This document shows positions 8,068-12,882 of a stretch of DNA of 24,000 nucleotides, piece by piece (the stretch's first letter is position 1; every line of letters starts with the position of its first letter). Where the stretch lies: the NCBI GenBank assembly GCA_964350935.1, contig CAYGLL010000012.1:4159-28158 (forward strand). Direction: 5' to 3'. The position numbers and the translations under genes were made by a program. The stretch is from an uncultured Candidatus Saccharibacteria bacterium (GTDB lineage: Bacteria; Patescibacteriota; Minisyncoccia; Phycocordibacterales; CAYGLL01). Under the pieces are notes generated by a model. The model had not been told where the DNA came from. It did not search any database and worked only from the letters and a program-made list of their open reading frames with translations.

Positions 8068-9012
8068 ATGAAAGTAGCTTTTGTAGGAAAAGGTGGAAGT
8101 GGAAAAACAACACTAACCTCGCTCATTAGTCGCTTTTTGGCATATAAACATTTGCCCGTCGTTGCCATAGACGCGGATATTAATCAGCACCTGTCTGAAA
8201 CATTGGGCATGTCTCCAGATAGTGCTCGAGATATCCCATCACTGGGGCTCGAAATGGGTCGAATAAAGACATATCTGAAAGGAAATAACCTTCGCATTGA
8301 AAACGCAGATTCAATGATAAAAACGACTCCGCCGGGAAAGGGCTCGAGGTTACTACGAGTTCAGGAAAACAACCCCCTCTTTGAGTATTTCGCCCGAGAT
8401 ATCAACGGGATCAAATTGATGGCGGTGGGACCTTTTGATGCAGATGAACTCGGTGTGAAATGTTATCACTCAAAAACTGGCTCGGTTGAATTACTACTCA
8501 ACCATCTTGTCGACAAAGAACGAGAATATATTCTTGTTGATATGACCGCGGGAGCAGATTCGTTCGCTTCAGGCCTCTTTACTCGATTCGATATTACTTT
8601 TCTAGTGGTAGAGCCCACCCTTAAGTCGGTCGGCGTATACACGCAGTACAAACAGTACGCAGAAAAATATGACGTTGTCATAAAAGTAATTGGGAATAAA
8701 GTTCAAGACAAAGTCGATGTTGATTTCATTAAAAAACATGTCGGCAAAGACCTATCTGCGCTCATATATCAATCAGTCTTTATAAAAAAAGCTGACAGAG
8801 GAGAGGTCCTGCCCGTTTCTGAACTCGAAACGGAAAATAAAAAATCCATTGAAGCGGTTGTTAGGGCGATTGATGCGCAGAAAAAAGATTGGATAAAATT
8901 TTATCGCCAAGCGATTAAGTTTCATATTAAAAATGCTAAAAGTTGGGCAAATGAATCTTTTGGTAAAGATTTAACCTCGCAGATTGATCCCCTGTTTGTA
9001 TTCACACCTTGA
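8068..9012 (+). CDS. CooC/MinD-like P-loop ATPase (metal-centre maturation family)
   Basis: KVAFVGKGGSGKTTLTSLISRFLA (deviant Walker A), AIDADINQHL, YILVDMTAGADSFASGLFTRFD, LVVEPTLKSVGVY. Confidence 0.82.
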   Translation: MKVAFVGKGGSGKTTLTSLISRFLAYKHLPVVAIDADINQHLSETLGMSPDSARDIPSLGLEMGRIKTYLKGNNLRIENADSMIKTTPPGKGSRLLRVQENNPLFEYFARDINGIKLMAVGPFDADELGVKCYHSKTGSVELLLNHLVDKEREYILVDMTAGADSFASGLFTRFDITFLVVEPTLKSVGVYTQYKQYAEKYDVVIKVIGNKVQDKVDVDFIKKHVGKDLSALIYQSVFIKKADRGEVLPVSELETENKKSIEAVVRAIDAQKKDWIKFYRQAIKFHIKNAKSWANESFGKDLTSQIDPLFVFTP

Positions 9013-9028
9013 AATAGGTGCCGTGCGC

Positions 9029-9068
9029 CCAACATAGAGCTTATGTATGTACACCGGCTCTATGTTGG
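9029..9068 (+). repeat. Perfect 12-bp inverted repeat between genes
   Basis: CCAACATAGAGC - 16 nt - GCTCTATGTTGG. Confidence 0.9.
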
Positions 9069-9123
9069 ATACACATCCGGCATGCAGTTCTTCGTCACAA
9101 ACAAATACACCGAAAGGAAACAT

Positions 9124-9513
9124 ATGTCACTACCGTCAATCGCAGCAATCGCTACGGAAAGAAAGTTCGACCTCAACGCAATCGGCCACGAGGAGCAAGA
9201 AGCGCTCCTCGTGGAAGCTATGAGGCGCGATTTGCCTGAGGCAATCGAACTTCTCCATCGCAAATCGCATGAGGCCGAAAACAACGGCGGTTCGGCCGAC
9301 TGGCTCGAAGACCCAAACTCGAAAATCGGCAAACAGCTTATCCGGCTTCACGCTTCGGACGCACTTCGTCCCTTGGCCTCAAAACATTTCTGCCACGGCC
9401 AGGAACTCACGTTCATTAACTGTTGCAAGGGAGTTGTTGGGAAACGTCCGGACAATCTCCTCTTACTTCAAGTGCAGTGCCAGGTGGGACCGATTGCGTA
9501 TGCCGATTGTTGA
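9124..9513 (+). CDS. Hypothetical protein (129 aa)
   Basis: ATG preceded by GAAAGGAAACAT; ORF followed by a terminator. Confidence 0.65.
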   Translation: MSLPSIAAIATERKFDLNAIGHEEQEALLVEAMRRDLPEAIELLHRKSHEAENNGGSADWLEDPNSKIGKQLIRLHASDALRPLASKHFCHGQELTFINCCKGVVGKRPDNLLLLQVQCQVGPIAYADC

Positions 9514-9542
9514 GTACATCAAAAAACCCTCTTAATTGAGGT

Positions 9543-9575
9543 AACCTCGCTTGAGATAGAGCGAGGTTTTTATTT
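9543..9575 (+). terminator. Rho-independent terminator
   Basis: AACCTCGCTTGAGATAGAGCGAGGTTTTTT. Confidence 0.85.
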
Positions 9576-9662
9576 ACTAAATCCTGTAACTAACCTGAAA
9601 GACAGCTCTCACCTCTTCCATCAAGACGTCGTTAGACCTCATTATCTGTAATGTGAATACGT

Positions 9663-9692
9663 TTGACAAAACATTACCTATAATGCTATATT
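9663..9692 (+). promoter_or_regulatory. Sigma70-type promoter
   Basis: TTGACA - 18 nt - TATATT. Confidence 0.65.
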
Positions 9693-9698
9693 ATTACT

Positions 9699-9800
9699 TT
9701 AGGCAAGTCTGAGCCCACAAATACTGGGACCTCTGGCTTGTAAAATCTCTAGCACCTTGAAAGGTGACTCATTCCGGCACAAAAGCCGGTTTCTTTTTAC
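9699..9800 (+). ncRNA. Candidate cis-regulatory structured leader ending in an intrinsic-terminator-like hairpin
   Basis: Pairings: CAAGTC(9704-9709)/GGCTTG(9735-9740) enclosing CCCA/TGGG; CACCU-UGAA-AGGUG (9753-9766); CCGGC-ACAAAA-GCCGG (9774-9789) then TTTCTTTTT, all upstream of the 9827 start. Confidence 0.45.
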
Positions 9801-9826
9801 CTGAAACACAAACAACAGAAATACCT

Positions 9827-10966
9827 ATGAAAAAACTCCGTACTGTAGTTGATCTGGGAAAAAACATCTGGCGCATCGTGCTCACGGGCGGACCTTGCGG
9901 CGCAAAAACGAGCGGCTTAGCATATGTGCGATCGAAGCTTGCGGATCGCGGATACAAAGTCATCATTTCCCCCGAGTCTGCGACAAAGCTCATCTTAAGT
10001 GGTGTCCTGCCCGGACCAAATGAACTTGATGGCGGCGAATTCCAAGAGGAAATTCTCTTCGACACACTTGAACAAGAAGAACGGATGACCTCATCTGCAC
10101 TTCGCTATCGTGACAAAGGACGCAAAGTGGTGATCCTTCATGACCGCGGTGCAATGGACGGACAAGCCTACGCTGGAGAAGCCGCTTTCAGAGGACTCCT
10201 CCAAGCCAACGGTCTCTCACCTCATGCAATATGCAACGCGCGCTACCATGCAGTCATGCATCTACAGACTGCAGCAATTGGCGCGGAACGCTTCTACACA
10301 CTCGCCAATAATGCAGCCCGAACTGAAACTCCTGAACACGCACGCGAACTTGATGGACGAATCCTCGAGGCCTGGCAACGACATCCGCATCCACGGATGA
10401 TCGACAACAGCACCGATCTTGAAGGGAAACTTCGACGCTTGTTCGCCGAAATCTGCGCGGTCTTGGGCGATCCAATTCCACTCGAAAGAGAAGACAAGTT
10501 TCTGGTTGATCCAAGTACGTCAGTTGACCTTCCGATCCCCTTCCACGAAAGCCGCATCACTCAGGACTACCTCACACCACCTGATATGCGAGAGGAGTAT
10601 CGTGTTCGAGCGCGCGAGGATGCCGATGGTACGAGTTTTTACTTCTGTCACAAGCGCTATGTTGCTCCCGGAGATCGGGTTGAAAACGAACGCATGATTG
10701 CCTACGACGAGTACGAATCGTTTCTCCGCCTGAAAGAGTTTCAGACTGAAACGGTTAAGAAACGCCGGCTCTGTTTCTTCTTCAAAGGACAGTTCTTCGA
10801 ATTCGACATCTTCGAAGCGCCGGAAAAACACAAAGGTCTCATGCTTCTTGAAGCCGAGCGCACCGACCGGACGCCCAAACTCGAGTTGCCGCCTTTCATC
10901 AAAGTCATCCGCAATGTTACCGGTGAGAAAGAGTTCTCTAATTGGGAAATCGCCCGCCGGAAATAG
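9827..10966 (+). CDS. AAA/P-loop ATPase (TTD14/AAA_28-like) with C-terminal CYTH-like domain
   Basis: RIVLTGGPCGAKTSGLAYVRSKLADRGYKVIISPESATKL (P-loop), KVVILHDRGAMDGQAY, C-terminal ESRITQDYL...SFYFCHKRY...VKKRRLCFFFKGQFFEFDIFE...LLEAE; start ATG after CAGAAATACCT. Confidence 0.65.
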   Translation: MKKLRTVVDLGKNIWRIVLTGGPCGAKTSGLAYVRSKLADRGYKVIISPESATKLILSGVLPGPNELDGGEFQEEILFDTLEQEERMTSSALRYRDKGRKVVILHDRGAMDGQAYAGEAAFRGLLQANGLSPHAICNARYHAVMHLQTAAIGAERFYTLANNAARTETPEHARELDGRILEAWQRHPHPRMIDNSTDLEGKLRRLFAEICAVLGDPIPLEREDKFLVDPSTSVDLPIPFHESRITQDYLTPPDMREEYRVRAREDADGTSFYFCHKRYVAPGDRVENERMIAYDEYESFLRLKEFQTETVKKRRLCFFFKGQFFEFDIFEAPEKHKGLMLLEAERTDRTPKLELPPFIKVIRNVTGEKEFSNWEIARRK

Positions 10967-10974
10967 TCCTTTAG

Positions 10975-11001
10975 CCCCGCACGTTGTGCGGGGTTTTTTT
11001 A
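10975..11001 (+). terminator. Rho-independent terminator
   Basis: CCCCGCACGTTGTGCGGGGTTTTTTT. Confidence 0.9.
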
Positions 11002-11043
11002 TATACTGAATTAAAGCCCTAAAATAAGCATTATTTAAAATAC

Positions 11044-11071
11044 TTGACAAAATAAATGGATATGCTATCAT
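11044..11071 (+). promoter_or_regulatory. Promoter upstream of the hammerhead/ORF array
   Basis: TTGACA - 16 nt - TATCAT. Confidence 0.65.
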
Positions 11072-11075
11072 TCTC

Positions 11076-11236
11076 ATCCGAACTATATGAGGCAACTTCA
11101 AACACAACTGAAGTCTCAAACCCCACACACTCTAAACGAGCTGTGCCGGATAACTAGTTTTAAAAGAATCCCGATTCAAGAAACTAAAAAGAGAATCGAA
11201 GTGATCCAAAAAAACCGCCTTCTGGCGGTTTTTTTG
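11076..11236 (+). ncRNA. Candidate structured leader RNA or attenuator preceding the ribozyme array
   Basis: Possible three-way junction: ATCCG(11076-11080)/CGGAT(11147-11151); TGAG..CTTCA/TGAAG..CTCA (11088-11118); CAC-CTC/GAG-GTG (11126-11145); then CGATTC/GAATCG (11172-11198) and a terminator. Confidence 0.4.
11211..11236 (+). terminator. Rho-independent terminator between leader and first hammerhead
   Basis: AAAACCGCC-TTCT-GGCGGTTTTTTT. Confidence 0.85.
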
Positions 11237-11280
11237 ACGCTAAAAACAACCCTCGGGGCAGGACCACCCTAAAAACCCAG

Positions 11281-11333
11281 CCCTGTCCCCTGATGTGTAT
11301 CGGGGCTGATGAGCCGAAAACGGCGAAACAGGG
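11281..11333 (+). ncRNA. Type III hammerhead ribozyme, copy 1 (predicted cleavage after 11287)
   Basis: Stem III CCCUG/CAGGG; GUC cleavage site; stem I CCCUGA/UCGGGG with loop UGUGUA; CUGAUGA; stem II GCCG-AAAA-CGGC; GAAA. Confidence 0.95.
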
Positions 11334-11371
11334 GTTCTTCGACAAACACCACCAACTAAAGGAATACCACT

Positions 11372-11848
11372 ATGAAAGCAACCGTCACCGTTCAAAAGAT
11401 CAACTACATCTCGTACGGCCGTGAAAGCAGCCGCTGGGACGACACCGATCTCGTGGCAACGCGCCACACGGGATACGAAGTGATCCTAGAAGTTGAGGGG
11501 ATCTGGAGGTGGCGCACCAAACTCAACTCTTTCTCTGACCTTAGTCGCCGATCGAAGGATCAGTGGCTGTCGGGCACGTCGAAAGTACTCCTCCGGGAAA
11601 ATCTCGATGCTGCATGGCCGAGTGCCAGCAAAGAGTGGAGCGAGCACCGTGCTCTCAGTACCGCTGCCGAGTTCGAGCGATCGGGGTTTCTCACCGAGAT
11701 CAAGGTGTGCGATGAGGAGACCTCATCAATGGGTAGCAAAATACTCATCACCTGGCTCGAGAATGCGCCACCCCAGCATGCGCGAAGAGGAGTTGAGAAT
11801 CGGATACGACCTCAAGCAACCTCTCGAAACTGGGCACGTTGTGAGTAA
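11372..11848 (+). CDS. Hypothetical protein, ORF of ribozyme unit A (158 aa)
   Basis: RBS-like AAAGGAA upstream of ATG, immediately downstream of hammerhead copy 1. Confidence 0.65.
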   Translation: MKATVTVQKINYISYGRESSRWDDTDLVATRHTGYEVILEVEGIWRWRTKLNSFSDLSRRSKDQWLSGTSKVLLRENLDAAWPSASKEWSEHRALSTAAEFERSGFLTEIKVCDEETSSMGSKILITWLENAPPQHARRGVENRIRPQATSRNWARCE

Positions 11849-11893
11849 TCAAAAAAACTCTCATGGGTTTCGGAGTCCCATAGACAAAACTCC

Positions 11894-11944
11894 ACACTAG
11901 CAGGATGTGTGTCCTGCCTGACGAGTCCAAAAGGACGAAAGTGT
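11894..11944 (+). ncRNA. Type III hammerhead ribozyme, copy 2 (predicted cleavage after 11899)
   Basis: Stem III ACAC/GUGU; CUA cleavage site; stem I GCAGGA/UCCUGC with loop UGUGUG; CUGACGA; stem II GUCC-AAAA-GGAC; GAAA. Confidence 0.93.
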
Positions 11945-11964
11945 CAGGGGTTCTTCGAAAAAGT

Positions 11965-12022
11965 CTCGGATTCGTGGCGGACTCAGGGAAACACAATCTC
12001 TGGGCCCGCTACGAATCGCGAG
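11965..12022 (+). repeat. Long hairpin immediately downstream of hammerhead copy 2
   Basis: CTCG+GATTCGTGGCGG pairs with CCGCTACGAATC+(G)+CGAG, 16 bp with one bulge and one G-U. Confidence 0.75.
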
Positions 12023-12075
12023 CTGATAAGGCACCGATCGGTGCACACAGTGAGCAGTTCGGAAGGGACCCGATT

Positions 12076-12228
12076 ATGAACAACCACCATCGTTCCCCCT
12101 TCGGCGCAGTGAAGACGGGCTATGAAGTAAAGAAAACCGGCTATCGGGTAGAGCGCGTCCGGTGCCCAGGGTGTCCGGGCAGGCAAAGCTTCTGGCAACG
12201 CCTGCTCGACTGGTTGTTCAACAGGTAA
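12076..12228 (+). CDS. Small hypothetical protein, ORF of ribozyme unit B (50 aa)
   Basis: MNNHHRSPFGAVKTGYEVKKTGYRVERVRCPGCPGRQSFWQRLLDWLFNR; RBS-like GGAAGGGA upstream. Confidence 0.5.
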   Translation: MNNHHRSPFGAVKTGYEVKKTGYRVERVRCPGCPGRQSFWQRLLDWLFNR

Positions 12229-12267
12229 CAACCGCCCACCAGTTCGAGGATCTGGAAAAAATCCTCG

Positions 12268-12316
12268 CTGTCCCGCGATGTGTGTCGCGGCTGATGAGTC
12301 CAAAAGGACGAAACAG
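12268..12316 (+). ncRNA. Type III hammerhead ribozyme, copy 3 (predicted cleavage after 12272)
   Basis: Stem III CUG/CAG (3 bp); GUC; stem I CCGCGA/UCGCGG with loop UGUGUG; CUGAUGA; stem II GUCC-AAAA-GGAC; GAAA. Confidence 0.93.
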
Positions 12317-12331
12317 GGGTTCTTTGAAAAA

Positions 12332-12386
12332 GTTTGGTTATGGAAGTCAGACCGAACACACCTTAGTTTGACTTCCGTAACCAAAC
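12332..12386 (+). repeat. 18-bp hairpin immediately downstream of hammerhead copy 3
   Basis: GTTTGGTTATGGAAGTCA ... TGACTTCCGTAACCAAAC, one G-U pair, 19-nt loop. Confidence 0.9.
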
Positions 12387-12463
12387 GCAAACGATAAGCA
12401 AATAGCGACTCCGCTTCGCGGACCTCGAGATTTGTACGACTTGCCAAGGTGAGGAAACCAACC

Positions 12464-12760
12464 ATGAAAAAACAAACACCCGCTGTAATCAAGGCACGAA
12501 TTCAGGATTGGCAAAACCCCCGCGGGGTCATTGTTGGCGAAACAAGTATTACGCTGCAGGTCACGAGCGGCTCATGCAATTGTGGGACGTGCATGAATCG
12601 AATCCGAACACTGCGCCAAAACCTCGTCGATAAACCCACGGTCGAACACGCGTGGGTGCGTATGGGTGGCGACCACTGTCTTGTTCTGCCACGCCAACAA
12701 TCTGAAGACCCGCTCGAGCTTCTCCGTAAGACGTTAGGGGTTAGCGTCACAAAAAACTAG
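12464..12760 (+). CDS. Hypothetical protein, ORF of ribozyme unit C (98 aa), with CNCGTC cysteine cluster
   Basis: MKKQTPAVIKARIQDWQNPRGVIVGETSITLQVTSGSCNCGTCMNRIRTLRQNL...; RBS-like AAGGTGAGG upstream of ATG. Confidence 0.7.
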   Translation: MKKQTPAVIKARIQDWQNPRGVIVGETSITLQVTSGSCNCGTCMNRIRTLRQNLVDKPTVEHAWVRMGGDHCLVLPRQQSEDPLELLRKTLGVSVTKN

Positions 12761-12797
12761 CCCTCAGAGTTTCGAGAGTTCTCTACAAAAACTCTCA

Positions 12798-12846
12798 CTG
12801 TCGCGCGGTGTGTGCCGCACCTGATGAACCGGAAACGGCGAAACAG
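12798..12846 (+). ncRNA. Type III hammerhead ribozyme, copy 4 (slightly diverged; predicted cleavage after 12802)
   Basis: Stem III CUG/CAG; GUC; stem I GCGCGG/CCGCAC (one C-A mismatch) with loop UGUGUG; CUGAUGA; stem II ACCG-GAAA-CGGC (A-C at the first pair); GAAA. Confidence 0.85.
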
Positions 12847-12882
12847 AAGTTCCTCGACAACAACATAACAAAAGAAATACCT

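Noticed and set aside
10140-10697. Overlapping alternative-frame ORFs within the AAA/CYTH-like gene
   Set aside because: Contained within a strong domain-bearing ORF, with no independent signals.
11087-11272. 61-aa ORF in the leader before the ribozyme array
   Set aside because: It runs through an intrinsic terminator and lacks an RBS; better explained as leader RNA, though a leader peptide is not fully excluded.
11240-11467. Minus-strand and overlapping-frame ORFs over hammerhead 1
   Set aside because: Composition follows the hairpins and there is no supporting signal; the plus-strand ORF at 11372 has the better RBS.
12332-12395. Possible internal promoter TTGACT-N17/18-CGATAA near 12368 in the unit C leader
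   Set aside because: The -10 match is weak and the -35 sits inside the 18-bp hairpin arm; worth checking by TSS mapping but not called.
11983-12492. 169-aa minus-strand ORF across hammerhead 3
   Set aside because: It is antisense to the ribozyme, the 18-bp hairpin and unit B; no promoter, RBS or recognisable domain.
11281-12846. Retrotransposon, retrozyme or integrated viroid-like element as the sole explanation of the array
   Set aside because: No reverse transcriptase, integrase or terminal repeats are seen, and inter-ribozyme segments are dissimilar in sequence and length. It is kept only as an origin hypothesis.
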